From a virus (taxonomy: Duplodnaviria; Caudoviricetes): a stretch of 64,000 nucleotides of DNA. Below are positions 45,185-55,502 of the stretch, in pieces; position 1 is the stretch's first letter; each line of letters begins with the position of its first letter. Where the stretch lies: positions 1-64,000 of the IMG/VR virus record IMGVR_UViG_3300032138_000002; one strand, written 5' to 3'. The translations under genes and the position numbers were made by a program. The notes under the pieces were generated by a model that was not told the origin of the DNA, searched no databases, and saw only the letters and a list, made by a program, of their open reading frames with translations.

Positions 45185-45514
45185 CTAGGTCAATGCCAGC
45201 ACGTCATCGAGGGGAAGAGGTATATATATAACATCTCCCAGACTCACCTCTGCCTCCATAGGGCGCTTATTAAACCAGGCAATAACCCACCAGTATTGAG
45301 TAGTACCATAATATTGTTCAGATAATTTATAAAAACGATCGCCCATTTTCCATGTATGATTAATAATATTTAATTTTTGTATCTGAGCGGGGCTAGGATA
45401 ATTAATCATTGGTGTTGTAAAGTGGCGGATAAACTTTTTTCCTCGATCACGGATAAAAGAGCGATAAATTTTTTGGGCATTGTTAATAACCCCATATGAA
45501 TAATTTCTTGACAT
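45185..45514 (-). CDS. LysM-like baseplate wedge protein (T4 gp53/tail X-like)
   Basis: HTWKMGDRFYKLSEQYYG..WWVIAWFN..GDVIYIP. Confidence 0.8.
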   Translation of the reverse strand: MSRNYSYGVINNAQKIYRSFIRDRGKKFIRHFTTPMINYPSPAQIQKLNIINHTWKMGDRFYKLSEQYYGTTQYWWVIAWFNKRPMEAEVSLGDVIYIPLPLDDVLALT

Positions 45515-45544
45515 TGTTTTGTTCCTTGTGTAATGACTGCGGGG

Positions 45545-46591
45545 CTACAAGTTATCCCAGAAAGAGCCGTCATCATCGAGCATTTCGTTTACTTGAGCCT
45601 CTTTTACAGCCCGGGTTGTATCGGGGGGTCTACTGAGCGGATCCACGTAAGCCCTCTGATCCAACTCTTGTTGAGCGGCGTTTAATTCTTCGTCGATGCC
45701 CTGTGTCGCCCCTGGTGAAGTGACGCTAGCTTCTGGAGTTCCGGTTGGGGTGGGCCTCGCCGTTTGATTTCCCTTGGAATTTAAAGCATACGGCACGTGG
45801 CGGTGGGAAAATTCTGGTGCACCGTCTTCTCCGATAAACCAGCCGGGAGTTACATCGTTGAAGGGATGGTAATTAAATTGAAGACTAATATTAGAAGGAT
45901 AAAAAATTCCTTCCTTACCCTGATCCCAGAAGAAGCCCGCATCCATATTAAAACTATAACTGAGGCCATCAATATATCCTTTAAGGCCGCTTTCTTTTGC
46001 ACTTGGACTTTTTACGCCCGCAGAGTTCCCATCGACTATAAAATTAAGAAATTTAATTTTGAAAAGCGGGTCTCCGCCAGATTTAACATATTTCTGAGGG
46101 ATTCCGGCTGACATTTCTTTTTCTGATACGGGGTGAAGCATTTTCACAAGCATGGAAAGTGCTTCGAGGTTTCGTTTGGCTTCGGCAGTGCTTCCGGCGA
46201 CGACATCTAACCCAATAGAAATAATCCTTTCAATCGTCTTAACCTTTTTGAGTGGCTCGGGATGTCCTACCAAAACTTCCGAAGCTAAATCACTCCGAAA
46301 TTGGTCGTCCCACGCATTTAACATTGCCTTAAGGCGAATTGTTTTCTTAGCGTGCACGCCATAAATCTCGATGAATAAATCGTGGTTGTTAGCCATGCTG
46401 TCGGTGCCGTCAGTAGAATACCCCTGAAACAAAGCCGGTGCCACCGTTTGGCTTGGGGACCCGGGGACATCCGACGGACACACAGTTTCTTCGCTTTGTC
46501 CAAAAGCTTGCATGTATTCGGGCGAATCCAAGAAACTCGGGTTTGCTACCGATTGTTGTGGTGTGGTGGGGTCTATGGGGGAAGTGGCCAT
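45545..46591 (-). CDS. Tail tube initiator/baseplate protein (gp48/gp54-like)
   Basis: Position after tape measure; DQF..VG.PEP..ERIISIGLDV..GYIDGLSYSF pattern. Confidence 0.55.
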   Translation of the reverse strand: MATSPIDPTTPQQSVANPSFLDSPEYMQAFGQSEETVCPSDVPGSPSQTVAPALFQGYSTDGTDSMANNHDLFIEIYGVHAKKTIRLKAMLNAWDDQFRSDLASEVLVGHPEPLKKVKTIERIISIGLDVVAGSTAEAKRNLEALSMLVKMLHPVSEKEMSAGIPQKYVKSGGDPLFKIKFLNFIVDGNSAGVKSPSAKESGLKGYIDGLSYSFNMDAGFFWDQGKEGIFYPSNISLQFNYHPFNDVTPGWFIGEDGAPEFSHRHVPYALNSKGNQTARPTPTGTPEASVTSPGATQGIDEELNAAQQELDQRAYVDPLSRPPDTTRAVKEAQVNEMLDDDGSFWDNL

Positions 46592-46622
46592 TGAATGATT
46601 AACCTTTATATACTATTAATTA

Positions 46623-49004
46623 TTAAGCTCTTCGAAAATCTCGTGGAACATCGATACTAATAATCTTTTCTTGGGTGTCGATCACGGCAATTTGGCCTCG
46701 ATTGTGTAAGCTGTCTGATTTATTTGCTTGTTTCATGCCTTGAGCGACTGCGTTAGCCAATTGACGTCCTGAAGCGGGGCCCTGGGTCATCATATTACGA
46801 TTTAACGCTAGCATTCCGGCTGTTAGTCCTTGGATATTTCTATTGTTAATAACAGACGAGGCCGGAGGTGCTGCGATAATTTCGCCCCCTAGACCTTCGT
46901 TAACTCCAATGGCTGGTACTGCCGGAGTGTTATCGGTGCCATTCTCAAATAGACTACCGATCCACCCGGCCGCGGCTCCTACGCCGGCGCCGATGAAGGT
47001 GCCAACACCAGGGATGACACTGCCTATGGTAGCGCCTAGTGCTGCCCCTCCGGCGATCATACTACCGGTGCTGTCTTCTTTAATACCATGGTGCAGCAGG
47101 GCCCCTCCACCGATTGCACCCGCTCCGCGCATTGCCCATTTGCCCAGTCCGCCGACTTTTCCCATGAAACCACCACCGCCGGCCGGCCTTCTTGGGCCGA
47201 TAAAGCCGCCGGATCCGCCCATTCGGGCAGCATTGAGCATATGATATTCCGATGTTAGGAGGGCGACGGCAACGCCTTCAGCCTCCAACGCAGCGATATT
47301 TTTGGCTGTCATTGGTATCATAAAGGCCGCGGCTGTACGTAGGGCTTTCATAAATTTGATCACCATCATCAGCGCGGCGGCTACACCCATTATTTTACCG
47401 GGCCAACCGCCAAGTGCGGCATTAAATGTGGCGAAACCTGCCAGTATGCCAGAAATTACGGTGAAGAAGCCCTCAAAAGATATGGCGAAACTCATCATTG
47501 TCATTTTCAGTTCTTCAAAAATAGACATCGAGCGGCGTGCCAAATCGGCATGCCTTTCTTGTTGTTCGGCTGCAGCCTCCATCTCGGCGCGGTTCACGTG
47601 CATGCTTTGATTGAAGAACTGAGCCGCATCAGCTACATTGTTAAAACCGGCTGCTGTGGCCAAAGCTTGTTTCTCATGGTGCCCCATTGCCTCAAAGGAT
47701 TTTCCAGACAACTCAATGGTTTGGTGAAGCAATTCCATTCTTTCAGATTCGGTAGCGTAGACCATATCGATGGAATTAAGGTAGGCGCCCCCCAATATTC
47801 CATTTAAGCGTCCGACACTTTCGGCTGCACCGGCAAAAGTATCAAACTTTTTAGCGACGGCAACAAGCTTGTTCATTGAAACACCCGTTTGTTCGGACAT
47901 AATCCCCAAGTCTTTAACAATATTTGTCGCTTGAGCCCCGCGGGACGCTAGTGCTTCGAGAGCTTGGGCTGTGTCCCCTAGGAATTTATTAACATCCATA
48001 TTGAGAGCTTTTGCAAAATCTACAAACTCTCCTGTCATTTCTTTTGCTTGTGCAGTCCCCAAATTTAATGTTCGGCTTAGGGATTGAAAAACTGCACTGG
48101 TTTGTGCGGAGCCCACTCCCGCTCGTTCCAACGTAGCCACGAATACGGTGAGTTCTTGTTGGGCGGAAGCAGTCATATTCCTAAAGTCGGTTGTGTTTTT
48201 GTAAAGGGCGTTAAAAGCGGTGCTAGCAGTATCGATGCCTAAACCCATTCCTCGTAGTTCGGTCGCAGAGTCACTAAGTGTATCAACAAAATCACTATTA
48301 GCACCTGTGCTTTTCACTGTTCCAGCAGTCAACGCATCCATTTGCCCCGTTAACTCATACGTCCACGTTGCAAACCCTCCGGCAAATCTACTTAAACCTT
48401 GTTCAGCCATGTCTTTAAAGTTTAGTTTGGCCTCATTAAGACCGCCGACGAGCTTGCCCAGGCCCATGGCTACGCCGCCGAGTAGTGTCTTCTCGAATTC
48501 TTTCCCCATCGATACCATACTTAAGAGGTGACCGCCGGCCGCCTTTACAGAACGATTAACTTGATCATTCTGGTCATTTATTTTTTTGAGAATTCGTTCT
48601 TGTTTGACATACTCTTCATTCTGTTTTTGAATGGCAACGCGTTGTGCGTCCGTGAGATTGACAAACTCCTGAAGAATTGCGGCCTTTTCCTCTAAAGCAA
48701 GCTTCTCTTTTATTTGATCATTAGTTAGATCCGCACCGATATCTTTCTTTGCTTCCAGGAATCCTAGTTCATCCTGTACATCTTTTAGGCGCCTACGATT
48801 TGCGTCAGCGCCTTCCTTGGCGAGATCTATATTTTTTTGAGCGGCTGCAGCGAGCGCCTCTGCGTTTTCAACGGCCTGCTTAAGATAATTAAAGGTGTCC
48901 CCTGTCGCCTTGGCCATGTCACGAGATTGTTTGGTTACGAGAGCGAGTGCATCTGCCAGAGCTTTTACATCGGAAACTTGAGGAAGATTAGGATCATCAG
49001 CCAT
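46623..49004 (-). CDS. Tail tape measure protein
   Basis: 793 aa Ala-rich helical protein, N-terminal coiled coil, hydrophobic segments and Gly-zipper near C-terminus; position after tube and chaperones. Confidence 0.82.
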   Translation of the reverse strand: MADDPNLPQVSDVKALADALALVTKQSRDMAKATGDTFNYLKQAVENAEALAAAAQKNIDLAKEGADANRRRLKDVQDELGFLEAKKDIGADLTNDQIKEKLALEEKAAILQEFVNLTDAQRVAIQKQNEEYVKQERILKKINDQNDQVNRSVKAAGGHLLSMVSMGKEFEKTLLGGVAMGLGKLVGGLNEAKLNFKDMAEQGLSRFAGGFATWTYELTGQMDALTAGTVKSTGANSDFVDTLSDSATELRGMGLGIDTASTAFNALYKNTTDFRNMTASAQQELTVFVATLERAGVGSAQTSAVFQSLSRTLNLGTAQAKEMTGEFVDFAKALNMDVNKFLGDTAQALEALASRGAQATNIVKDLGIMSEQTGVSMNKLVAVAKKFDTFAGAAESVGRLNGILGGAYLNSIDMVYATESERMELLHQTIELSGKSFEAMGHHEKQALATAAGFNNVADAAQFFNQSMHVNRAEMEAAAEQQERHADLARRSMSIFEELKMTMMSFAISFEGFFTVISGILAGFATFNAALGGWPGKIMGVAAALMMVIKFMKALRTAAAFMIPMTAKNIAALEAEGVAVALLTSEYHMLNAARMGGSGGFIGPRRPAGGGGFMGKVGGLGKWAMRGAGAIGGGALLHHGIKEDSTGSMIAGGAALGATIGSVIPGVGTFIGAGVGAAAGWIGSLFENGTDNTPAVPAIGVNEGLGGEIIAAPPASSVINNRNIQGLTAGMLALNRNMMTQGPASGRQLANAVAQGMKQANKSDSLHNRGQIAVIDTQEKIISIDVPRDFRRA

Positions 49005-49019
49005 TTATATACCCCCTGA

Positions 49020-49355
49020 TTAAGAAAATGGCCAAGGCACTCCGGTTTTTATATAAAATTCTTTTGCCGCTTTGTCTGTCAATGTTTTAAGATTTTGGGA
49101 GGTGGGGTGTGCCCCTCCATATGTAACAAGAGCTTGAACATAATTCTTTTCCAATCCTAGTGTTCTGGAAAGAATTTCAATCTGATCAGGGGTGCCGGTG
49201 ATAGAAAGGGCTGGTGCCGCTCCGGCCATCATCTGAGATATTGCCCACCCAAGGCGAGCGCCCATTTGTTGGAGACTGCTTTCATCGAGCTTTCCTGATT
49301 TTGAAACAGTAAAGTCAATGCTCTGTTTTATCTTATCTTCATTAACGGTCGACAT
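49020..49355 (-). CDS. Hypothetical tail-module protein
   Basis: ORF track; late motif at 49375-49382. Confidence 0.7.
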   Translation of the reverse strand: MSTVNEDKIKQSIDFTVSKSGKLDESSLQQMGARLGWAISQMMAGAAPALSITGTPDQIEILSRTLGLEKNYVQALVTYGGAHPTSQNLKTLTDKAAKEFYIKTGVPWPFS

Positions 49356-49374
49356 AATAAATTCCTTAGCATAT

Positions 49375-49382
49375 TAAATAGT
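49375..49382 (-). promoter_or_regulatory. Putative late promoter motif ACTATTTA
   Basis: Intergenic, upstream of the tape measure unit. Confidence 0.7.
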
Positions 49383-49387
49383 TTGCA

Positions 49388-49564
49388 TTAACTATTTTTC
49401 TTCATTGCTTCTTGTTCATCCTTCAAGTACTTAACAAGTCTTTGGACAAACCAATCTCGAATTTGGATGGGGAGGGCGTACGCTTCGGCAAAACTCCAAT
49501 GGCCACGATGCTTTAGGAAGAAGAACTGTTCGTAGACGTTTTCCATGTATTTGCTATTGAGGCC
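49388..49564 (-). CDS. Tail assembly chaperone downstream ORF, probably reached by +1 frameshift
   Basis: GLNSKYMENVYEQFFFLK..WSFAEAYALP..RDWFVQRL; internal ATG 49546 has no SD; frame opens across a T7 run. Confidence 0.6.
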   Translation of the reverse strand, partial: GLNSKYMENVYEQFFFLKHRGHWSFAEAYALPIQIRDWFVQRLVKYLKDEQEAMKKNS

Positions 49565-50375
49565 AAAAAAACTCCGCCGTGAGCGGCAGAGAGACCTCCT
49601 CGTCAGCAAAGCAAGTGGGGCACTCAAACGGTACGTTCATATTTAAGTCGGGAGTTATCTCCTGATACAACTTGCGAAAGTATCGTGAATCGGCAGCCGG
49701 CATGCTATCAACATAACGGCTAATCGTAAGGCGCTCGTCATTTCCGTTAACTGAATTTAACACCAACTTAATAGTGTCGGTCAGTGTAGTTTCGGGAAGA
49801 TTCTTTTTCTTTTTTGCCTCCAACAACTGAGCAAGTCGTTTTTCATCTGCTCCTGTGGTGAGCCGGAAGGTAATTTCCCAGCCAGACTTTGGAAGTGTGG
49901 TGGAAAATGTCCCGTTGTTGTGGTCGGTAACCTCTGAAGGTGTAAGCGCTTCCTGATCTATAGACTGATTAAAAACAGTCTGGAGATCCGTGGTTTGTTT
50001 AGATCGCGAGGAGCACTGTGGGCACTGCATTGCATATGTATAACTGTCTCCGTAACCACTAATACGGGCGGCGAGGATAAGGGCGTTCTTATCTCCAATC
50101 AAAAGCGCGTTGGTTTCTACCGCGGGATTGACAATAAGGTTTTTAAGCATCCGATCTACAGCTAACCCTTTTCGAAGCAGCGAAGGGGACGTCAACGTAT
50201 CCTCGTCCCTAGCGGTCATATAGCGAATTTCTAGAGTTTCAGCGTTATGAAGTGGGTGATCTTCCGCGTAATATCGCCCCTTCGATGGGAGGGGCACCAA
50301 CTCTGTAGGTACGGGAATGGAAATCCCCATTCCGGCCGGTGGCCCGGGAGTGGCTGTAGGAGCATCAGTTGTCAT
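49554..50375 (-). CDS. Tail assembly chaperone / baseplate hub assembly protein (T4 gp26-like)
   Basis: VPLPSKG, MTARDED.L, GDK..L..ARI..YG..Y, two CxxC pairs, ends FFWP. Confidence 0.75.
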   Translation of the reverse strand: MTTDAPTATPGPPAGMGISIPVPTELVPLPSKGRYYAEDHPLHNAETLEIRYMTARDEDTLTSPSLLRKGLAVDRMLKNLIVNPAVETNALLIGDKNALILAARISGYGDSYTYAMQCPQCSSRSKQTTDLQTVFNQSIDQEALTPSEVTDHNNGTFSTTLPKSGWEITFRLTTGADEKRLAQLLEAKKKKNLPETTLTDTIKLVLNSVNGNDERLTISRYVDSMPAADSRYFRKLYQEITPDLNMNVPFECPTCFADEEVSLPLTAEFFWPQ

Positions 50376-50402
50376 TGTTCACCTCGATAAAGTAATAAGG
50401 TA

Positions 50403-50430
50403 ATTATAACACATAGTTATTTTTTGTTAA
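50403..50430 (-). promoter_or_regulatory. Sigma70-type promoter upstream of tail chaperone
   Basis: TTAACA (50430-50425), 16 bp spacer, TGn-TATAAT (50408-50403). Confidence 0.6.
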
Positions 50431-50442
50431 CACTAAAATTTT

Positions 50443-50994
50443 TTAAGATTGGCCCGGGCCGAGGTGTCGAGCCCAGTCATATGCTAAAGTAAGTGTTACG
50501 GTGACCATCGCATCGCTTTCATAATTTAGTTCACCGAATTGGAAAGTTTGGATCCAAGGATTCCACAACTCCCAAGTTTCAATAACTTGATTTGGCATCC
50601 CGTTAAGGTCACCAATTTGTTGAAGTCGTACAATTTCACCGAGGGCGCGGACTGACTGTTCCTTTGATAGAGTAAACAATCCGTTACTATTAACGCCTAG
50701 GCGACGATTGGGATCTTGATAGCCGGCCTCATTAAGTGTGTCCATTAACATACCGGCGGTATCAGGCTCAATGGGATCGACCAAGGTAACTTGGATGTTT
50801 TGCCACTCAGTGCCACCTGGATACTTAAATGTGTGACCAAAATATTTATGAGTAGTGGTATTAACCTGGAGATTTGGCTTTCCAACGGACTTGACTGTAT
50901 AAGCAGGGATATCGCCCATGAGCAAGATCCATCTATGCTGCCTTTTAGGCTCTAAACTTGCCTGTGCCCAAAATTTGTCTGAATTTGATACCAT
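50443..50994 (-). CDS. Tail tube protein (T4 gp19-like)
   Basis: EPKRQHRW, W..I.VTLVDP, ETWEL.NPW..FGELNY..LTLAYDWA; follows sheath. Confidence 0.85.
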   Translation of the reverse strand: MVSNSDKFWAQASLEPKRQHRWILLMGDIPAYTVKSVGKPNLQVNTTTHKYFGHTFKYPGGTEWQNIQVTLVDPIEPDTAGMLMDTLNEAGYQDPNRRLGVNSNGLFTLSKEQSVRALGEIVRLQQIGDLNGMPNQVIETWELWNPWIQTFQFGELNYESDAMVTVTLTLAYDWARHLGPGQS

Positions 50995-51017
50995 TTATTT
51001 AAATCTCCTGTGTGTAA

Positions 51018-51024
51018 TAAATAG
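51018..51024 (-). promoter_or_regulatory. Putative late promoter motif CTATTTA
   Basis: Between sheath and tube genes. Confidence 0.7.
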
Positions 51025-51037
51025 ATGTCGATTAAAA

Positions 51038-54000
51038 TTAATCATCGAAGGATGCACCACTATCTGTAATAACAAAGTCGACCGCTACAAATTCAATGGC
51101 CTGTGCCGGTTTCAAGAATACCTTCGCATACATGATATTACGATCAATCATCTCCGGTGTAGTTGTAGTGTCATCTAAGATAACTTTATAGTCTGTGAGC
51201 CCCTGGCCAGCTTGAATGCCGCTCAGAAGCGATTCTGCCTTACCTTTGAACTTGGACCAAGTAGCTTGGACGTTTTGTTCGAAAAGCATCGTGGCAGAAA
51301 TACGGGAAATCTCTCTCTTGACAAGAAGCAATAGACGACGTACATTGATACGATCCAATGCGGATGTCGTCATCTGCAATGTCTTCTGCCCAAAGATTAC
51401 AATACCTTCCGCGGGGAAAGTCGCAATTGGATTGACATTTGCTTCATAAAGATTATCACGATCCCGAGAACTCAGTCGTGATTTTGTTGCTACCACCGGG
51501 AGGCCAGCGGCGCCTTGAGTAAGTCCACCGCGAGTAAATCCTGCGGGGGCAAACCAGGCGGCGCGTTTCTTCTCACTGGAAGAAATAGTTCCAAGAGCAA
51601 CAACCGAAGGAGGTACATTGACCAAGGCATTATTAATATTGTCTCGGATTTGTACCCATGGGAAGTAAGCGCATCCATAACTGGAGTTAAGGTTTCTCTC
51701 TTTAAGAGAATTAACCGCATTCTCGACGTTTGGTCGACGAGCGGCGGCGCTTGTTGTGCCAGCGGTCGTAGGAACATAGTCGTTCTCCAGATCAATAATC
51801 GCCAATGCATCGCCGCGGTCCTCACAGGCTTCAATAAGTCCTGCGGTGAGCCCGGGTGTATTGATACCTGGCATCAGCGCAAGGTTCATCTCTACACTTT
51901 CTGGATCGCGGATGGTGTCCACGCAACGCTTAATGGTGTTGAACGGGGAGCTTGTGCGCTCGTTAGCACCGTCGACGTTCGTAAGCGTGTTACGAAGAGG
52001 GTCTAACTCGGTAATATCGAAACCATCGAAACCGCCATGGAAGACAGTTGTGAAACGATTAAAGCGATAATTAGATCCAGTCAATAGTAGTGCATAATCG
52101 TTTATAGCACTAATCGAACGCTGAGCTAACGTACTATCTGCGCGGGAGCCTGATACGTATACCGCATCTTTAACGGTGCCGTCCGGGGAGGTAGACGCTG
52201 ACAGGTCATCAAGCGTAAATACCCACGAGGAGGACTGATAGGTGGCGTTTCCTACAGAAAGGTTACTAGAGATGCGTTTAATAACGTCTGAGACGCTCGC
52301 GTCATAAGTATTGTAGGAAGTGGGTCGACCTACTTTGGCGCCGAAATACGCCTGACGAGGTGACGTGTCACCATCACTTCCAGATTCGCGCAATCCGATG
52401 GTTGGGAAAATATAAGAAGCGGATAGAGAACTAGTCGCTTGTTGGGTAGCGGGGGCCAGAGCGGCATATGGGCTAAAATCACAACCTACAAATGGCTGGG
52501 GGCCTAAGGTGCCGGTAATAACTGCTGGAAGAATAAGCTGTGACGAATCTCCCGTGCCGGCTGTTTCCCCTTTAAGGGCGTAGTAGCCCTGCGCTGGGCC
52601 AACTCCACCGGTAATGAGTGAGGTCGTCTGATAGCGAGGAGGTCCGAATACACCGAAAGGCAAGAGACGAGCATCTGTTGCTGCATCTGCGACGTCTGTG
52701 TTCATTTCAACACGAATAAACTTTGAAACGTTGGGATAGTCCCCTTCGATACGATAACGCTTGTCCACATCATCCCAGGTATAGCTATAATCACCGATAA
52801 CTCGGGCAATATAATTTTCTGAGTTTGGATTAAGTGTAAGCCCTGTAAATCTCTCGAATACAACAGGTGCCTTATCGCTATCTTTAAGGGAACGTAAAAC
52901 GACAGAAAATGTTCCGTAGTCCGTAGTGTTGGTGGAAGACGGGCGGACGTCCTCAATGGAGATCTTTAGGTGGTTTTGAAGCCATTCACCATGGTTCAAC
53001 CCGTGAAGTTTGAACAACTGCTGCATTTTTTCCGCGTTGAAAGTGGTCCGATCACCTAAGTCTTGTCCAATAAACCAGCCTGTGCGGCCATCGCCAAAAC
53101 TAGATTGGTGGTTGGCCCATTCAAGATTGTCGTCCTGTGACGCAAGACCTAAAAGAACTCCATGTGTAATTTGCCCTTGACCACTAAGATAGGTATCATC
53201 ATAAAGACCTACGTTACTTTGATTGGGCTTGTTACCGGCACTACCCGTTTGGAGCATACAATCGAATGTTTCGCCCAGGAAATAAGACTTAGCTGATCCA
53301 ACTACTTGATCATTGACCAGTGTAGGATTTGTATTAAAGACTTTACGGATATAACGTGCAGAATTTCTATTTAAATTAAAGCGCACATTTTCGGCGGTTC
53401 CCGCTGCAATTGCGGCCTGTGTGCCGATGCTCATAATAAAGCCGCCACCACTTTGAGTCGCGATCATCTGAGCCTGGGAAGCTGTTGGGTGACCACTACC
53501 GATACCGCCCTGGTTACCCGAAAGGGCGAGCGTAATAACGGCTGTGGAGGCGCCCGAAGAAGCCGTGGTATAAAAAACAGCCGCCAAAGATCCAGACTGG
53601 GTTTCGAGAGCGGAACTCGAATTAAAGAGGAAAAGTCCGTATGCGCCGCCTCCCGTAGTTGGGCTAACTGTTCCAAAGTCAACGCCGTTCGGGGCATCAG
53701 CAGATGCTCCCCAACCGGCGCGACCGGCGGTAGTGCGTTCTGCATTTTCAGCGCCAAGTGTTCTCATAATAGTGCAAGGAGAGTTGTTTTTCAGCCATGC
53801 TTGTGCTGCGTATGCCGCGTATGTGGGGGAGGTATAATTCCCTTCTCGCCACACATCGCCACCTTGCCCGCCGGCGATTGGGTTACCAAATACCTGAATA
53901 AATTCAGAAAAAGACCGTACGGTGATGGGACGCATTGCTGGTCCTCTTTCGGTGCGTCCAATAATAACTGGACCGGGGGGTGTTGGGGCTCCGGGGAGCC

Positions 54001-54064
54001 CTGAGTTGTCGATCTCCTCTAATAGGATACCTGGCGAAACAAATTTAAATTTCTTCTCGGCCAT
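51038..54064 (-). CDS. Contractile tail sheath protein (T4 gp18-like)
   Basis: FVSPG..EEID, GPAMRP, YFPWV, WFAPAG..RG, NVNPI, GQKTL, RINVRRL; start MAEKKF at 54064. Confidence 0.93.
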   Translation of the reverse strand: MAEKKFKFVSPGILLEEIDNSGLPGAPTPPGPVIIGRTERGPAMRPITVRSFSEFIQVFGNPIAGGQGGDVWREGNYTSPTYAAYAAQAWLKNNSPCTIMRTLGAENAERTTAGRAGWGASADAPNGVDFGTVSPTTGGGAYGLFLFNSSSALETQSGSLAAVFYTTASSGASTAVITLALSGNQGGIGSGHPTASQAQMIATQSGGGFIMSIGTQAAIAAGTAENVRFNLNRNSARYIRKVFNTNPTLVNDQVVGSAKSYFLGETFDCMLQTGSAGNKPNQSNVGLYDDTYLSGQGQITHGVLLGLASQDDNLEWANHQSSFGDGRTGWFIGQDLGDRTTFNAEKMQQLFKLHGLNHGEWLQNHLKISIEDVRPSSTNTTDYGTFSVVLRSLKDSDKAPVVFERFTGLTLNPNSENYIARVIGDYSYTWDDVDKRYRIEGDYPNVSKFIRVEMNTDVADAATDARLLPFGVFGPPRYQTTSLITGGVGPAQGYYALKGETAGTGDSSQLILPAVITGTLGPQPFVGCDFSPYAALAPATQQATSSLSASYIFPTIGLRESGSDGDTSPRQAYFGAKVGRPTSYNTYDASVSDVIKRISSNLSVGNATYQSSSWVFTLDDLSASTSPDGTVKDAVYVSGSRADSTLAQRSISAINDYALLLTGSNYRFNRFTTVFHGGFDGFDITELDPLRNTLTNVDGANERTSSPFNTIKRCVDTIRDPESVEMNLALMPGINTPGLTAGLIEACEDRGDALAIIDLENDYVPTTAGTTSAAARRPNVENAVNSLKERNLNSSYGCAYFPWVQIRDNINNALVNVPPSVVALGTISSSEKKRAAWFAPAGFTRGGLTQGAAGLPVVATKSRLSSRDRDNLYEANVNPIATFPAEGIVIFGQKTLQMTTSALDRINVRRLLLLVKREISRISATMLFEQNVQATWSKFKGKAESLLSGIQAGQGLTDYKVILDDTTTTPEMIDRNIMYAKVFLKPAQAIEFVAVDFVITDSGASFDD

Positions 54065-54098
54065 AGTTGCATATCTCCTTTGCAAAGTAATTCTTTAA

Positions 54099-54106
54099 TA
54101 AATAGT
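54099..54106 (-). promoter_or_regulatory. Putative late promoter motif ACTATTTA
   Basis: About 35 nt upstream of the sheath start. Confidence 0.7.
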
Positions 54107-54129
54107 AGTACTTCACGGTAAAAGAACTT

Positions 54130-55011
54130 TTAGTCTCGATAAAATCCTCTTTTATCAATTTGGTCTGGTAGATCCTTCCCTATCACTCTTTCGCGGGGTA
54201 TTTTTACCTCGACTGCGTTCTCCCGAATTACGATCTTTGGCTTCTCTTGATTTTTGCCTTCTCCGATAACATATCCAAGTACTTTTATTTGTACCGTTGT
54301 TTGGTATGCGCGCTCGTCTTCACCCATCGAAGTAACATTATTTTTCTGAGTAAAGTTCTCCTGAACAAAAGATTCAAAGGTATGTTCGTCTTTTTCCAAA
54401 AGAAAATAATTGATACCGCCTGGTTTAGCAATAAAGGGTTCCACCATCTGATTCATTTGTTGTTGATATTGAGATGTCAAAAACACATTATAAGTAATGT
54501 CAACATAAACCGGCATTGGAATAGAAATAGTCTGATATACTACTTTAGAATTTTTTCCCGGGAAAGTGAGTTGGTGTCGACCTCCCTTGGCATAACGAAA
54601 GGTGTCAGCATCAGCAAAATTCTTAGTCTTCGTTTGGTTAATTCGTCTTGCCACAGTAATCGATCCGCCTTGTGCATCGTTTATAGGGGGGATGTTACCA
54701 AAGAATATTCCTTTGCGGGAAGGGCTTTTATTAACAGTCGCCCTCTCGATTGTAATACTCGGAAAAATAAGGGCGTCGCTATCGGTTCGTGAATGTTTGT
54801 TGAGTTTTATTTGAAAAGCTCTTTCTGCCGAGAGCCACATTACAGGAACTTTTCTGAACCCTTTATTGGTATCGCAGAAAATGTCAAAATTCCGGTCCAT
54901 ATGATCATAGAATGCTTCGTCAATAGTTTCTAGCGTTGAGGGGGAAATGAGCCTCTCTTCCAGAATACCGGGTTTGTCGACACCCGTATAGTTGTTATCA
55001 TCATTCGGCAT
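54130..55011 (-). CDS. Tail terminator/sheath stabiliser (T4 gp15-like)
   Basis: KVPV....ER, P.I.IER, PVYVDITY..QMNQ.VE; position between neck and sheath. Confidence 0.65.
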   Translation of the reverse strand: MPNDDNNYTGVDKPGILEERLISPSTLETIDEAFYDHMDRNFDIFCDTNKGFRKVPVMWLSAERAFQIKLNKHSRTDSDALIFPSITIERATVNKSPSRKGIFFGNIPPINDAQGGSITVARRINQTKTKNFADADTFRYAKGGRHQLTFPGKNSKVVYQTISIPMPVYVDITYNVFLTSQYQQQMNQMVEPFIAKPGGINYFLLEKDEHTFESFVQENFTQKNNVTSMGEDERAYQTTVQIKVLGYVIGEGKNQEKPKIVIRENAVEVKIPRERVIGKDLPDQIDKRGFYRD

Positions 55012-55498
55012 TAAAGAGCCCCTCTCTAGCATACACACATTTTGCACTTATTTCCATTTTATGATTGATCTGACCATAAATCTGCATTGGCTCATCAGTT
55101 GTTACAATTTCGTAGTGGTTATCACCATATTGAACAAAATCGCCTACTCGGACAAACAAGTCTTGGTCTTCCGTTAAGCGCCGTTTGTGGAAGTGGATTG
55201 TTAAACTCGTCCACTTGTCTACACCGACATTATCTTTGAATTTGGTCGGATTGCCATCCCAGTCGACCAAAGCATAAACGCGGATGGGGGGTAAAAATGT
55301 TTTATATATTGCTTCACCGTAGATGCGGTGAAAATTAGTATCTATATCACTAATAGGGTAATATAAAACCTGTTGCCCGATAACATCTTCGATCAGTTCA
55401 TCATTAACCTGTTTTATAAGATTTCTTTCTTTCTGCCCCACAAAAAGCGGTGGTGGGGGAGCGGCCGGCTGCGACCATTTATTTTTATCGTTCGACAT
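55001..55498 (-). CDS. Neck/head-closure protein (T4 gp14-like)
   Basis: ELIE..GQQVLYY, IYGE, VGDFV..YEI; position. Confidence 0.7.
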   Translation of the reverse strand: MSNDKNKWSQPAAPPPPLFVGQKERNLIKQVNDELIEDVIGQQVLYYPISDIDTNFHRIYGEAIYKTFLPPIRVYALVDWDGNPTKFKDNVGVDKWTSLTIHFHKRRLTEDQDLFVRVGDFVQYGDNHYEIVTTDEPMQIYGQINHKMEISAKCVYAREGLFNAE

Positions 55499-55502
55499 CT
55501 AC

